Positions 38,861 to 53,546 of a stretch of 64,000 nucleotides of DNA are shown here, piece by piece; within the stretch, counting starts at the first letter, position 1; every line of letters begins with the position of its first letter. Source of the stretch: Escherichia coli O127:H6 str. E2348/69 (lineage in GTDB: Bacteria > Pseudomonadota > Gammaproteobacteria > Enterobacterales > Enterobacteriaceae); the NCBI RefSeq assembly GCF_000026545.1, contig NC_011601.1, one strand, 5' to 3'. The notes under the pieces are model-generated. The model saw only the letters and a list, made by a program, of their open reading frames with translations. It was not told where the DNA came from and did not search any database. The translations under genes and the position numbers were made by a program.

Positions 38861-41800
38861 TCAAGCGATCGCGTTCTCTTCCAGTTCACGCATAAACTGG
38901 CGTACCCATTCGATACGCGTTTTCCGCTCGCTCAAATCCTGAATAAACTTCAGACGCGTCGGACCATCAAGGCGGTAATGCTGCGGCTGTTTTTGCAGCA
39001 AACCAATCAACCAGGCTGGATTAACGTGATTCTTCTCGGCAAATTCGATCACGCCGCCTTTCTCATTACCTTCCAGCTTCCTGATCCCCAGTTTCTGCGC
39101 TTGCTGGCGCAGACGGGCAATATCCAGCAGGGTACGCGCCGGATCCGGCAGCAGGCCGAAGCGATCGATAAGCTCGACTTTGATCTCTTCCAGTTCGTTT
39201 TCCGTTTTGGCGCTGGCAATACGTTTGTAGAACGACAGACGCGTGTTCACGTCAGGGATGAAATCATCTGGCAATAGCGACGGCATCCGCAGCTCGACTT
39301 CTGTTTGCTGGCTGGTGAGATCTTCCAGCGACGGCTCGCGTCCGGCTTTCAGCGCATCGACGGCGTTTTCCAGCAACTCCATATACAGCGAGAAACCGAT
39401 GGTTTCCATTGAGCCGCTTTGTTCTTCGCCAAGCAGTTCACCCGCGCCGCGGATCTCCAGATCGTGCGTTGCCAGCGCAAAACCTGCACCGAGATCTTCC
39501 AGCGAGGCAATCGCTTCAAGACGTTTTTGCGCATCGGTAGTCATCGCTTTTGGATGCGGCGTCAGCAGCCATGCATATGCCTGGTGGTGCGAACGCCCGA
39601 CGCGACCGCGCAACTGGTGCAACTGTGCCAGACCGAAGTGATCCGCACGTTCAATGATAATGGTGTTGGCGGTAGGAATGTCGATCCCGGTTTCGATAAT
39701 GGTGGTACAAACCAGCACGTTGAAACGTTGATGATGGAAATCATTCATCACCCGTTCCAGTTCGCGCTCACGCATTTGCCCGTGACCGATAGCAATCCGC
39801 GCTTCAGGTACCAGTTCTGCCAGCCGTTCGGCGGCTTTCTGGATGTTTTCCACATCATTGTAGAGATAATAAACCTGTCCTCCGCGCAAAATTTCACGCA
39901 GGATCGCCTCCCGGACCACCAGACTGTCATACTCACGGACAAAGGTTTTAACTGCCAGACGACGGGCGGGCGGCGTGGCGATAATCGACAGATCGCGCAT
40001 TCCGCTCATTGCCATATTCAGCGTACGTGGGATCGGCGTTGCGGTAAGCGTCAGAATATCCACGTTCGCGCGCATCGCTTTAATGCGCTCTTTATGACGT
40101 ACCCCGAAGCGGTGTTCTTCATCGACAATCAGCAGGCCTAAATCTTTAAACTTGACGTCACTTTGCAGCAGTTTGTGCGTACCGATCAGAATATCAATTT
40201 TCCCTTCCGCCACTTCCGCAAGGATTTGCGTCTGCTCTTTGGCGCTGCGGAAACGGGAGATCATTTCGATACGTACCGGCCAGTTGGCGAAACGGTCGCG
40301 GAAGTTGTCGTAATGCTGCTGCGCGAGAAGGGTGGTAGGCACCAGCACCGCCACCTGTTTGTGGTTATCTACCGCCAGGAAAGCGGCGCGCATCGCCACT
40401 TCTGTTTTACCAAAGCCAACATCGCCGCACACCAGACGATCCATTGCCAGCGGCTGACACATGTCGCTAAGCACCGCATTAATGGCTTGAGCCTGATCCG
40501 GCGTGGTTTCAAACGGGAAGCTGTCGCAGAATAACTGATACTGCTCACGATCGTGTTTAAACGCGAAGCCCTCTTTGGCGGCGCGTTGCGCGTAGATATC
40601 CAGCAATTCCGCCGCCACATCACGCACTTTTTCCGCCGCTTTCTGCCGTGCGCGTGACCAGGCATCGCCACCAAGTTTATGCAGTGGTGCGTTTTCTTCT
40701 GCGCCACCCGCGTAACGGCTAATCAGATGCAGTGACGACACCGGAACATACAGTTTGGCGTCGTTGGCATAGGTGAGCATCAAATACTCGCCAGTAATGC
40801 CTCCAGCTTCGAGCGTGGTCATTCCGGCATAACGACCGACGCCGTGCTCCAGATGGACCACCGGCTGACCAATATGCAGCTCCGCAAGGTTACGGATCAG
40901 TGTATCGGGGTTGATGGCGCGGCGAGAATCCTGACGACGACGGGCAACGCGTTCACCGAGCAGATCGCTTTCGCAAATCAGCGCCAGATTACGTACCGTA
41001 TCGACAAAACCATGCTCTGCAGCGCCAATCATCAGATAACGCCCACGGTCGCTGGCTTCATCAAGACGCATAATGCGTTGCGGAGCAATTTTAATTCGCG
41101 CGAGCAGTTCACCCAACGCTTCACGGCGGCCTTCACTTTCTACCGAGAACACCACCGGACCGTCGAAAGACTCGAGGAACTTACGCAGCGCATCCAGCGG
41201 CGCTTTTTGTTGTGCCTGAATGGCCAGGTCTGGCAGTTTCTGGAAACCTAAATTGGCATTCGCTGCTTTTGTCGGTAAATGTTCAGTTTTTAGCTGCACA
41301 CGGGGCCAGTTTTTCAGCTCTGAGAAGAGCTCATCCACCCGCAGCCAGAGCGATTGTGGTGGCAACAGTGGGCGCATTGGGTCGACACCGCGATTCTCAA
41401 AACGCGCGAGCGTGTCAGCCTGGAAACGTTCGGCACTGTTTTCCAGATCGCCAGTATTTACCAGCAGCGTATTGGCAGGGAAATAACTGAACAGTGGCGG
41501 CAGCGGTTCGCTGAAGAATAGTGGCTGCCAGTACTCGATCCCGGCAGGTAATGTGCCTTTACTCACTTGCTGGTAAATATGTTCCGGATCGCGCTTCACT
41601 TCGAAGGTATCACGCCACTGGCTGCGGAACAGTTCAATTGCCGCTTTATCGGTCGGAAATTCGTGCGCGGGCAGCAGATTGATCGCATCTACTTCCTCCA
41701 GCGTGCGCTGGCTATCGACGTCAAACACCCGCAGGCTGTCGATTTCATCATCAAAGAAATCAAGACGATAAGGCAGCTCACTCCCCATAGGGAAGAGATC

Positions 41801-42307
41801 CAGCAACGCGCCGCGCGTGGCGTATTCGCCGTGCTCCATCACCTGGTCAACATGGCGATAACCGGCGCTGTCCAGTTGGGTTCGTAATGCATCTCGTGAC
41901 AGGCGCTGACCTTTTTTCATCACCAGCGCATGACCGTGGAGAAAGCTGTGCGGGCAAACGCGCTGCATAAGCGTATTCACCGGAACAATCAGTACGCCAC
42001 GCTGCATGGTCGGTAGCTGGTAAAGGGTGGAAAGGCGCGAGGAGATAATGTCCTGATGAGGCGAAAAACTGTCGTAAGGGAGGGTTTCCCAGTCCGCCAG
42101 ATTCATCACCATCTGATCGGTAAACTGGCTGATTTCATCATGCAAACGCAGAGCATTTTGCATATCTGGTGCAATGAGTACCACCGGACCGGCGTGACGT
42201 TCGGCAATTTCCGCTACCAGCGTCGCGCAGGCAGCGCCGGTTAACTCGCCCAGCAGACGCTGCTCACCCGCTTTGACGGGCAGCGTATAACGATATTGTT
42301 CAGGCAT
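38861..42307 (-). CDS. mfd: transcription-repair coupling factor Mfd
   Basis: 1148 aa from MPEQYRYTLPVKAGEQRLLGEL; superfamily-2 helicase motifs (Walker A GDVGFGKTEVA, DEEHRFG). Confidence 0.95.
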   Translation of the reverse strand: MPEQYRYTLPVKAGEQRLLGELTGAACATLVAEIAERHAGPVVLIAPDMQNALRLHDEISQFTDQMVMNLADWETLPYDSFSPHQDIISSRLSTLYQLPTMQRGVLIVPVNTLMQRVCPHSFLHGHALVMKKGQRLSRDALRTQLDSAGYRHVDQVMEHGEYATRGALLDLFPMGSELPYRLDFFDDEIDSLRVFDVDSQRTLEEVDAINLLPAHEFPTDKAAIELFRSQWRDTFEVKRDPEHIYQQVSKGTLPAGIEYWQPLFFSEPLPPLFSYFPANTLLVNTGDLENSAERFQADTLARFENRGVDPMRPLLPPQSLWLRVDELFSELKNWPRVQLKTEHLPTKAANANLGFQKLPDLAIQAQQKAPLDALRKFLESFDGPVVFSVESEGRREALGELLARIKIAPQRIMRLDEASDRGRYLMIGAAEHGFVDTVRNLALICESDLLGERVARRRQDSRRAINPDTLIRNLAELHIGQPVVHLEHGVGRYAGMTTLEAGGITGEYLMLTYANDAKLYVPVSSLHLISRYAGGAEENAPLHKLGGDAWSRARQKAAEKVRDVAAELLDIYAQRAAKEGFAFKHDREQYQLFCDSFPFETTPDQAQAINAVLSDMCQPLAMDRLVCGDVGFGKTEVAMRAAFLAVDNHKQVAVLVPTTLLAQQHYDNFRDRFANWPVRIEMISRFRSAKEQTQILAEVAEGKIDILIGTHKLLQSDVKFKDLGLLIVDEEHRFGVRHKERIKAMRANVDILTLTATPIPRTLNMAMSGMRDLSIIATPPARRLAVKTFVREYDSLVVREAILREILRGGQVYYLYNDVENIQKAAERLAELVPEARIAIGHGQMRERELERVMNDFHHQRFNVLVCTTIIETGIDIPTANTIIIERADHFGLAQLHQLRGRVGRSHHQAYAWLLTPHPKAMTTDAQKRLEAIASLEDLGAGFALATHDLEIRGAGELLGEEQSGSMETIGFSLYMELLENAVDALKAGREPSLEDLTSQQTEVELRMPSLLPDDFIPDVNTRLSFYKRIASAKTENELEEIKVELIDRFGLLPDPARTLLDIARLRQQAQKLGIRKLEGNEKGGVIEFAEKNHVNPAWLIGLLQKQPQHYRLDGPTRLKFIQDLSERKTRIEWVRQFMRELEENAIA

Positions 42308-42434
42308 AACGGTTGTCAGATTCTCGTTAGGATATGCCTCAACATATGGGGGCATATCTCTGATAAGCAATGCTGTTCATTATCCGTAATCGGCATGGTT
42401 TAGCAAATTGAATCGCCCCGGCTGGGGCGATGAC

Positions 42435-43508
42435 TTAGCGGGAGTAACTGACGGTAGCGGGCAGAGAAGGCGGGGAGAACAACAGATCGCTGAATGCGCG
42501 CTGTGAAAGTTTTCTTACCAGCAAGCCCGCAACAGTACAGATGAACAAACTAACAAAGGGGTAAACCAGCAGGAGTGTCAGTTCGACTTGTGGCGACCAG
42601 CGTGCTGCGTTCATTTGCGCAAGCAGAGTTAAGCTGAATATTTCAACCAGAATGCGATGGGTGGTGTAGATAGCAATGGTGTTGGAGCCAATCACATTCA
42701 GCAGGCTGGTGGAGCGCATGCCGAAACGCTGCTCGTACTGATAAAACAGCTTCATGATTACCACAATCGATACCAGCGACAACAGCAGCGAGATATTAAA
42801 CAACCAGGCACCGACTGCCAGAACGGTCAGCAAAGAAGCCATCAGCAGATGGCGGCGCAACGGTACCGCTTTAACACAGGTCATTAATGTTGCGCCAAAC
42901 CATGCGCCAAGGCTGTAATAAGGCAAATTGCGGATCACACTGTTCATTCCCCACCACGGTGTGGGTACGAAATTAATAGTCACACTCATCAGTACAAACA
43001 GAACAAATAACGGCAGGGCCAGGCGGTTAAAAATTTTACATATCACGAAATAGACAATTAACGCATACAGATACCACAAGCTGGTGCTGGCGGTGATCAT
43101 CCCGTGCAGGAACTCGCCGGTGGAATCGGCATAAGCAGCATTGGAGGCATTGCTTAAATTGCGCTCAGGTGCCAGCCACTGATTTAGTGCACTTAGCGCC
43201 AGCCACTGCACCACGCCCCAAAGCGCCAGCACCCAGAAGATGTTCCAGATGCGTTTATCGAGACAATTTCCCCACGGTACGCTGTCGATATAGCGGCGAA
43301 TCAAATAGCCAGAGATAAAGAAAAAAACCGGCATACGAAAGGGTGCAAGGTAAAGATTGAAATAGATCCAGCATTTGCTCAGGACTTCTGATAACGGATG
43401 CTGGAAAGTGGTCAGATGCGGATAAAAGGTAATGACCGAGTGATAAATCACCACCAGACAAATACATAACCCTTTGATCTGGTTAATCCATAGCTCTTTT
43501 TGTTTCAT
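42435..43508 (-). CDS. ycfT: inner-membrane acyltransferase-family protein YcfT
   Basis: 357-aa polytopic membrane ORF. Confidence 0.85.
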   Translation of the reverse strand: MKQKELWINQIKGLCICLVVIYHSVITFYPHLTTFQHPLSEVLSKCWIYFNLYLAPFRMPVFFFISGYLIRRYIDSVPWGNCLDKRIWNIFWVLALWGVVQWLALSALNQWLAPERNLSNASNAAYADSTGEFLHGMITASTSLWYLYALIVYFVICKIFNRLALPLFVLFVLMSVTINFVPTPWWGMNSVIRNLPYYSLGAWFGATLMTCVKAVPLRRHLLMASLLTVLAVGAWLFNISLLLSLVSIVVIMKLFYQYEQRFGMRSTSLLNVIGSNTIAIYTTHRILVEIFSLTLLAQMNAARWSPQVELTLLLVYPFVSLFICTVAGLLVRKLSQRAFSDLLFSPPSLPATVSYSR

Positions 43509-43657
43509 CAGGTCAACACGCTCTTTTTATTTAACATGCGGTTGATCCTGCGTGGCGAGTCGCGTGGTGTAATGCGTATCTGTCTGTATTTGGTTATTTT
43601 TCAGATAAAGATCAGGCCACATGGCCGATGATAAAATGAGGCACTTTAGCCGATTGA

Positions 43658-46906
<3,249 letters not shown>

Positions 46907-46934
46907 AGGCAGTACATTAAAACAAGGAGCGGCA

Positions 46935-47846
46935 ATGTATTACGGGTTTGATATTGGTGGAACAAAAATTGCGCTAGGCGTGTTTGATAGCGGTCGGCAG
47001 TTGCAGTGGGAAAAGCGGGTGCCGACACCGCGTGACAGCTATGACGCATTTTTAGATGCAGTGTGCGAGCTGGTAGCCGAAGCTGACCGGCGTTTTGGCT
47101 GTAAAGGTTCTGTCGGCATCGGTATTCCGGGAATGCCGGAAACAGAAGATGGTACGCTGTATGCCGCCAATGTCCCTGCTGCCAGCGGTAAACCGCTGCG
47201 TGCCGACCTGAGCGCACGTCTTGATCGCGATGTACGCCTTGATAACGATGCCAACTGTTTTGCCCTTTCTGAAGCATGGGATGATGAATTTACTCAATAT
47301 TCACTGGTGATGGGGTTGATTCTCGGCACCGGCGTTGGCGGCGGGCTGATTTTCAACGGTAAACCAATTACCGGTAAAAGCTATATTACCGGCGAGTTTG
47401 GCCATATGCGTCTGCCGGTTGATGCGTTAACCATGATGGGGCTGGATTTCCCGTTACGCCGCTGCGGCTGTGGTCAGCATGGCTGCATTGAAAATTATCT
47501 GTCTGGTCGCGGTTTTGCGTGGCTGTATCAACACTATTATCATCAACCGTTGCAGGCTCCTGAGATCATTGCGTTTTATGATCAAGGCGATGAGCAGGCA
47601 AGGGCGCACGTTGAGCGTTATCTGGATTTATTAGCGGTTTGTCTGGGAAATATCCTGACCATTGTTGACCCTGACCTGGTCGTCATTGGTGGTGGCTTAT
47701 CGAATTTCCCGGCAATCACAACGCAACTGGCGGAAAGGTTGCCTCGTCATCTCTTACCTGTAGCTCGTGTTCCGCGCATTGAACGCGCGCGCCACGGTGA
47801 TGCGGGGGGAATGCGTGGTGCGGCCTTCCTACATCTAACCGATTAA
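46935..47846 (+). CDS. nagK: N-acetyl-D-glucosamine kinase
   Basis: 303 aa from [18 protein letters not shown] (ROK family). Confidence 0.9.
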   Translation: MYYGFDIGGTKIALGVFDSGRQLQWEKRVPTPRDSYDAFLDAVCELVAEADRRFGCKGSVGIGIPGMPETEDGTLYAANVPAASGKPLRADLSARLDRDVRLDNDANCFALSEAWDDEFTQYSLVMGLILGTGVGGGLIFNGKPITGKSYITGEFGHMRLPVDALTMMGLDFPLRRCGCGQHGCIENYLSGRGFAWLYQHYYHQPLQAPEIIAFYDQGDEQARAHVERYLDLLAVCLGNILTIVDPDLVVIGGGLSNFPAITTQLAERLPRHLLPVARVPRIERARHGDAGGMRGAAFLHLTD

Positions 47847-47861
47847 TCAACAGAGGTTGCT

Positions 47862-48683
47862 ATGCTGTCGCGTCGGGGTCATCGGTTAAGTCGTTTTCGT
47901 AAAAATAAACGCCGCCTGCGCGAGCGTTTGCGTCAGCGTATTTTTTTCAGAGATAAAGTGGTGCCGGAAGCAATGGAAAAACCAAGAGTACTCGTACTGA
48001 CAGGGGCTGGGATTTCTGCGGAATCAGGTATTCGTACCTTTCGCGCCGCAGATGGCCTGTGGGAAGAACATCGGGTTGAAGATGTGGCAACGCCGGAAGG
48101 TTTTGATCGCGATCCTGAACTGGTGCAAACGTTTTATAACGCCCGTCGTCGACAGTTGCAGCAGCCAGAAATTCAGCCTAACGCTGCACATCTTGCGCTG
48201 GCGAAACTGCAAGATGCTCTCGGCGATCGCTTTTTGCTGGTGACGCAGAATATCGACAACCTTCATGAGCGTGCCGGTAACACCAATGTTATTCATATGC
48301 ATGGGGAACTGCTGAAAGTACGTTGTTCGCAAAGTGGCCAGGTCCTCGACTGGACCGGAGACGTTACGCCAGAAGATAAATGCCATTGTTGCCAGTTCCC
48401 GGCACCCTTGCGCCCGCACGTAGTGTGGTTTGGCGAAATGCCACTCGGCATGGATGAAATTTATATGGCGTTGTCGATGGCCGATATTTTCATTGCCATT
48501 GGTACTTCGGGGCATGTTTATCCGGCGGCTGGGTTTGTTCACGAAGCGAAACTGCATGGCGCGCACACCGTGGAACTGAATCTTGAACCGAGTCAGGTTG
48601 GTAATGAATTTGCCGAGAAATATTACGGTCCGGCAAGCCAGGTGGTGCCAGAGTTTGTTGAAAAGTTGCTGAAGGGATTATAA
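47862..48683 (+). CDS. cobB: NAD-dependent protein deacylase CobB (sirtuin), long isoform
   Basis: 273-aa ORF; Arg/Lys-rich N-terminal extension precedes the sirtuin core ([14 protein letters not shown], Zn cysteines). Confidence 0.9.
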   Translation: MLSRRGHRLSRFRKNKRRLRERLRQRIFFRDKVVPEAMEKPRVLVLTGAGISAESGIRTFRAADGLWEEHRVEDVATPEGFDRDPELVQTFYNARRRQLQQPEIQPNAAHLALAKLQDALGDRFLLVTQNIDNLHERAGNTNVIHMHGELLKVRCSQSGQVLDWTGDVTPEDKCHCCQFPAPLRPHVVWFGEMPLGMDEIYMALSMADIFIAIGTSGHVYPAAGFVHEAKLHGAHTVELNLEPSQVGNEFAEKYYGPASQVVPEFVEKLLKGL

Positions 48684-48695
48684 AGCGGGAAAAAT

Positions 48696-48792
48696 TGCCT
48701 GATGCGCTACGCTTATCAGGCCTACAAGGGGACGCAATTAATTGAATTTGCGGGTTTTGTGGGCCAGATAAGGCGTTCGCGCCGCATCCGGC
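48696..48792. repeat. REP elements
   Basis: gcctgatgcgctacgcttatcaggcc and gccagataaggcgttcgcgccgcatccggc palindromes. Confidence 0.5.
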
Positions 48793-48820
48793 ATAATAGA
48801 CGCACACTTTACTGCCTCTT

Positions 48821-49609
48821 TTACCGTTTACTCGTCAATAACAACGCGGCAATAAACGTACAGACACCAATCAGCCCTGCCCAGAGCGGCGATATTCTGG
48901 TAATTGCAAAGCTATTATCGATATACAGGCATAAAGCCTGATAGCCCATATTGGCAACAGTCATCGCCACTGCAAACTTTAATGCATAATTAAGGCGCGT
49001 CGTGTAGTTAAAAAATGCCGTAAAGACGATGAATGCAACCGCCCAGGCAAAAAGGCCTAATGTCGTGGTACTGCCGGGAGGATCATTCTCCTGCTGTTGT
49101 CCGGGATGCGGATAATATGTCAGTGGCGGCGTCGGTTGTTTTAATATCTGTGCTTGTAAAACAGCCAATGCATTATTGATTCCCTGATACCAGAGATCTA
49201 CATGTAAATAAGCCAGAGTGTGATTTTCTACCAGAAGGCCGAGATGTTTATCGTCCATACTGCTTTCGACCTGGCCGTTGGTTATCATAATTAACCGTGG
49301 CTCGCGGGTAGTAAAGAGTAACAGAACACTTCCTTTTACATTACTCATTGAAGATGCCGCATGCGCCAGCATCGCTTTGCCATTTTGCCTGAGACTGGCT
49401 TCATTATTAATGTCGGGTAAAACCACAATAAACGGTACAACTCCGGTTTGTTGGCGAAAAAGTTCGGCTTTATGCGCGATCTCTTCAGCATCTGGTACAG
49501 TACCGGTAACATCTGTAAAAAGAGTCTTCATTATTGGAATTAAGGGCTTACTGATTGCCGTCAGAGGCAGGAACATCAGTAAACTGAGCAGTATCATGAT
49601 TTTTTTCAT
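48821..49609 (-). CDS. ycfZ: inner-membrane protein YcfZ
   Basis: 262-aa ORF with signal peptide and C-terminal transmembrane segments. Confidence 0.85.
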   Translation of the reverse strand: MKKIMILLSLLMFLPLTAISKPLIPIMKTLFTDVTGTVPDAEEIAHKAELFRQQTGVVPFIVVLPDINNEASLRQNGKAMLAHAASSMSNVKGSVLLLFTTREPRLIMITNGQVESSMDDKHLGLLVENHTLAYLHVDLWYQGINNALAVLQAQILKQPTPPLTYYPHPGQQQENDPPGSTTTLGLFAWAVAFIVFTAFFNYTTRLNYALKFAVAMTVANMGYQALCLYIDNSFAITRISPLWAGLIGVCTFIAALLLTSKR

Positions 49610-50067
49610 GGGCGGGACTTCCGTTTCCTGCGTGTCTTTTTAGAGGAGGGCATACTGATTAATAAACCGACGGCGATAAAAATAACGCCCATAATGCCGA
49701 TAAACCCCCATTTAAAAAAATTAACCCACAGGTTATTTATCTCAGCCTTTTCAGGATGTCCTGGAGAATAATAAACATTAACTTTATCGCCTTCGCTGTC
49801 TTCATAAAAATCGCTGCCAATACTCGAATTGAAAATTAGCGTGTAATCTGGCGTCGGACGAAAGGCAACGACGGGATACCACGAACCATTTTTACCCGTA
49901 CGATGAGAATGACTGGAGTGCCAGACGGTATCAACAATGACGCCTTCAGTATGAATCGCGTCTTTGCTATAGGTGAACTGGTTATAAAAGATAACAACAG
50001 AAATGAGGATCAGTACCAGACCGATACCGAAGAATATACGAAAGAAAACTCTACTGTCCTGGCTCAT
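49606..50067 (-). CDS. ymfA: inner-membrane protein YmfA
   Basis: About 153 aa from [22 protein letters not shown]; start uncertain (alternatives at 50076 and 50109). Confidence 0.8.
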   Translation of the reverse strand: MSQDSRVFFRIFFGIGLVLILISVVIFYNQFTYSKDAIHTEGVIVDTVWHSSHSHRTGKNGSWYPVVAFRPTPDYTLIFNSSIGSDFYEDSEGDKVNVYYSPGHPEKAEINNLWVNFFKWGFIGIMGVIFIAVGLLISMPSSKKTRRKRKSRP

Positions 50068-50124
50068 TAGCCACATCCTTGCTAAATAAAAAACGGGCGG
50101 TAATACCACCGCCCGCTTGCTGAA

Positions 50125-51171
50125 TTAACGTCCTGCTTTCAGCTTCTGATAATACTCTTCATAAATGCTGCTGGCGGAGCCTACGTCATTTTGCCATTCA
50201 CCATTTTTAATGGTTTCAGCATCCGGGTAGAGCGTTTTATCGTTCGCCACTTCCGGACTTAACAGCTTACGCGCCGCAAGGTTTGGCGTTGGATAACCGA
50301 TAGTTTCAGCAACCTGTTTTGCCACATCCGGGCGCAGCAGGAAGTTGATCAATTTCAGCGCGCCTTCTTTGTTTTTGGCATTTGCCGGGATCGCCAGGCT
50401 GTCCATCCAGAAAATGCCGCCTTCTTTCGGCCACACCACATCAATTGGCGTACCCGCCTGGCGTGCAACGAAAGCAGAACCGTTCCAGATCATGCCGAGG
50501 TTAACTTCGCCTTCCATATACGGGTTCGCCGGGTTATCGGAGTTAAACGCCGCGACGTTTGGCATCAGCTTTTTCAGCTCGTTGTATGCAGCTTCAATCT
50601 CTTTCGGATCGGTGGTGTTACCGGAGTAGCCCAGCTTACGCAGCGCCATCTGGAACACTTCACGGGCATCGTCGGTCAGCAGCAGGCTGCCTTTGTACTC
50701 AGGTTTCCACAGATCGGCCCAGCTGGTGACAGATTTCGGATCCACCGCATCACCGTTAACGCCAATCGCCGTTGCACCCCAGATATACGGAATGGAATAG
50801 TCGTTATTCGGGTCAAACGGCTTGTTGAGCATGTCTGGATCGAGGTTGCTGAAATTGCTTAACTTCGACTTGTCGATCTTCTGGATCATCCCTTCTTTAC
50901 GCATTTTATCGACGTAATAGGTTGAAGGAACCACCAGGTCATAGGCACCGTCTTTGTACGTTTTCAGCTTCGCGTACATGGTTTCGTTCGACTCGTAAGT
51001 CGAATAGATAACCTTAATACCGGTTTCTTTGGTGAACTGTTCAAGCAGTCCTGGCGGCACGTACTCGGTCCAGTTGTAGAAATACAGCGTGTTGTTGTCA
51101 TCGGCGTGAGCGGCGCTCATGCCCAGTGCCAGAGCACCCGCCGCGAGCAGGTGGCGTGACCATTTTTTCAT
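50125..51171 (-). CDS. potD: spermidine/putrescine ABC transporter periplasmic binding protein
   Basis: 348-aa ORF with signal peptide. Confidence 0.95.
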   Translation of the reverse strand: MKKWSRHLLAAGALALGMSAAHADDNNTLYFYNWTEYVPPGLLEQFTKETGIKVIYSTYESNETMYAKLKTYKDGAYDLVVPSTYYVDKMRKEGMIQKIDKSKLSNFSNLDPDMLNKPFDPNNDYSIPYIWGATAIGVNGDAVDPKSVTSWADLWKPEYKGSLLLTDDAREVFQMALRKLGYSGNTTDPKEIEAAYNELKKLMPNVAAFNSDNPANPYMEGEVNLGMIWNGSAFVARQAGTPIDVVWPKEGGIFWMDSLAIPANAKNKEGALKLINFLLRPDVAKQVAETIGYPTPNLAARKLLSPEVANDKTLYPDAETIKNGEWQNDVGSASSIYEEYYQKLKAGR

Positions 51172-51962
51172 TTAACGTCCCCTGTGTTACCTTTCGTTTT
51201 ATCACGAGCAATAAGCTGGCTGGCAATAACCATCACCAGCGACAGCACCAGTAATATGGTTGCCAGCGCGTTAACTTCCGGCGATACGCCGACTTTGACC
51301 ATCGAATAAATTTTTAACGGCAGAATTTCATAACTCGGCCCGGTGACAAACGAAGAAACCACCACGTCGTCCATCGACAGGGTAAAGCTTAACACCCAGC
51401 CCGCCGCTACCGCTGGCATTGCCAGAGGCAGAATGATTTTTCGCAGAATGGTAAATTCGCTGGCACCGAGATCTTTCGCCGCTTCCAGCATTCGCACGTC
51501 AAAACCTTTCAGGCGCGAATACACTGTCACCACCACAAATGGCAGGCAGAAGGTGATATGCGAGAACAGCAGCGACCAGAAGCCAAGCTGAATACCCAGC
51601 AGCATAAACAGCACCAGCAGCGAAATCGCCATCACGATATCTGGTGACATCATCACCACAAACAGCATTCCGCTAACGAACGGCTTACCACGAAAGCGAT
51701 AACGGTACAGCGCAACTGCCGTCAGTGAACCGATAAGCGTAGCAAACGTCGCCGAAAACACCGCCATTGTTAGTGAATGCTGCGCTGCCTGTAACAGGCT
51801 GTCGTTGTTCATCAGCAGGCTATACCATTTGGTGGTAAAACCCTGCCAGTTGATGCCAAAGCGCGAGCTGTTAAAGGAGTTCACAATCAAAATAATGATT
51901 GGGATATACAGGTACGCGTAGATAGCGGTCATAAAACCGCCGCGAAGCAGTCGACCGATCAT
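51168..51962 (-). CDS. potC: spermidine/putrescine ABC transporter permease
   Basis: 264-aa ORF with the ABC permease EAA-like motif. Confidence 0.95.
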   Translation of the reverse strand: MIGRLLRGGFMTAIYAYLYIPIIILIVNSFNSSRFGINWQGFTTKWYSLLMNNDSLLQAAQHSLTMAVFSATFATLIGSLTAVALYRYRFRGKPFVSGMLFVVMMSPDIVMAISLLVLFMLLGIQLGFWSLLFSHITFCLPFVVVTVYSRLKGFDVRMLEAAKDLGASEFTILRKIILPLAMPAVAAGWVLSFTLSMDDVVVSSFVTGPSYEILPLKIYSMVKVGVSPEVNALATILLVLSLVMVIASQLIARDKTKGNTGDVK

Positions 51963-52078
51963 TCGAGTTCCACCTTCTTATTCATAAGGCGGGACACTTT
52001 CAGGATTTTGAATTTATTCAATTTTTTCCTTTCTCCAAAATCTCTCCAAAACGTTTCCCCAAAACTAGGCCACGCATT
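51959..52078 (-). pseudogene. potB: 3'-terminal remnant of potB at the prophage junction
   Basis: In-frame codons ...SRLMNKKVELE then TGA overlapping the potC start as in the potABCD operon; no start codon and no permease body upstream, where the integrase gene begins instead. Confidence 0.5.
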
Positions 52079-52128
52079 TTACAACACTTTTTTCCTGAGA
52101 TGGTGACGGATATTCCATATGGTGTTTA

Positions 52129-53247
52129 TCAAATAACCAACTTAACCCATTCCTGACCTCGAGTATCGTTATAGCGATCGGTGGTTGCCTGGACTTTATG
52201 TCCTAGTAATGTTTTTGTATCAATACCCTGTGCACGGTACAGCCGTTCTGATAGAGAGCGTTGTTCATGAAATGTTGGCGGAGTTTTTCCTGCTGGTGGA
52301 ATTATCCCAGCCAGATCCCGTGCTTTGGCAAAGTAGTCGCTCAGGTTGTCTTTACTCATCGGCTTCGGTTGTTTCTGGTGCCGACTATGGATTAGATATG
52401 GACTTAATATTCTGTCTCGGCACCCATCAATAACTTCTTTTAACGTTATCCCAATGGCATCACAGCGTAGTGTAAGCGGTAACGCCAGACGCATTCCGGT
52501 TTTTCCCTGGGTGATATGCAAGTGTTCGTTCCACACATCTGAAAAACGCATGTGGCAAATGTCATCACGGCGCTGACCAGTAACAATCGCAAGAAGCATT
52601 GCGTTACGGATAAAGTGTTTTTCAGGCGTTGCATTGTAAATTTTTTGCCAGTCTTCCATGGTGAGCCTGGCTCTGGTTACTTTAGGGATCGGTTTACGGG
52701 TAGCCTCCGGAGGATTCCATCCAGGAGGAACTTCCCCTGCATGCTGTGCTTCTTTATAAATATCAACCCATAATCCACGATTTACTCTCGCTGTGCTGAC
52801 CATGTCTTTATCCAGCCACTCATCCAGTATTAATGCAAAGTCTCTTACTTCCAGTTCTTTCAATGGGTGGTTTCCCAGACGGGAAACCAGGTATGCAGCC
52901 ATTCGGGTTTTTTCTTTGTGAGTTGTAGCTGCAATATCTCCATTTTTCAGTCGCGTGTCCTGTATTTTCAGATATCGATCAACCCATGCCTTTAATCTGA
53001 TACCCTGACGTTTTGTTGCTGACGGACTTTCATCAATTTTGCGCATGAAATATTCAGCTTCTGCTGCAGCTATTCGCTGATTGGCTGTGGAAGCGATTTT
53101 TTCTGCCTTACCTTTGTCTGTTCCGAGTCCGTGAAATTTTCCAGTCACAGGATTTTTATACTGGTAGTAAACTCTGCCAGTTCTGCGATCAAACTTTTCG
53201 TAAAGACCGGCTACGTCAGTGCTGTTTTTTCGTGGCCTCGGTGACAT
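52129..53247 (-). CDS. int: prophage tyrosine integrase (lambda Int family)
   Basis: 372-aa ORF; C-terminal catalytic region HEQRSLSERLY...LLGHK...RYNDTRGQEW parallels lambda Int. Confidence 0.9.
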   Translation of the reverse strand: MSPRPRKNSTDVAGLYEKFDRRTGRVYYQYKNPVTGKFHGLGTDKGKAEKIASTANQRIAAAEAEYFMRKIDESPSATKRQGIRLKAWVDRYLKIQDTRLKNGDIAATTHKEKTRMAAYLVSRLGNHPLKELEVRDFALILDEWLDKDMVSTARVNRGLWVDIYKEAQHAGEVPPGWNPPEATRKPIPKVTRARLTMEDWQKIYNATPEKHFIRNAMLLAIVTGQRRDDICHMRFSDVWNEHLHITQGKTGMRLALPLTLRCDAIGITLKEVIDGCRDRILSPYLIHSRHQKQPKPMSKDNLSDYFAKARDLAGIIPPAGKTPPTFHEQRSLSERLYRAQGIDTKTLLGHKVQATTDRYNDTRGQEWVKLVI

Positions 53248-53494
53248 GAGTTAAAATCTCCTTCAGTGCATCATCATCGCCAGTATGAATTTCCGGCGCA
53301 ATTCCCGTTTCACCAGGCCCAACAAATACTGCTCGGCGATCTATCAGCCAACGCCCACGAATTTTTTGTGGTCTTGGAACGATGTATCCTAGTTTTCCGT
53401 ATTTCACCAGGGTAGTGTTTGTTATTGGGAGACTGAACCGTTTTGGTTTCCACTCGTCGAGCGTTATCAGGTACTGTTCGCTCATGGCTATCAC
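53216..53494 (-). CDS. xis: prophage excisionase
   Basis: Small ORF overlapping the int start by 32 nt; winged-helix Xis-like sequence (YLITLDEW...); true start may be 53485. Confidence 0.7.
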   Translation of the reverse strand: MIAMSEQYLITLDEWKPKRFSLPITNTTLVKYGKLGYIVPRPQKIRGRWLIDRRAVFVGPGETGIAPEIHTGDDDALKEILTHVTEATKKQH

Positions 53495-53546
53495 TCCGGA
53501 ACGCGCCAGTTGCAGAATATCAACGACAACTGGCGACGGTTGAACA

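Noticed and set aside
39419-40141. 240-aa ORF antisense to mfd (and similar 100-130-aa antisense ORFs across mfd, flgH, ndh and lolD)
   Set aside because: All lie within strongly supported genes on the opposite strand and lack start-site signals.
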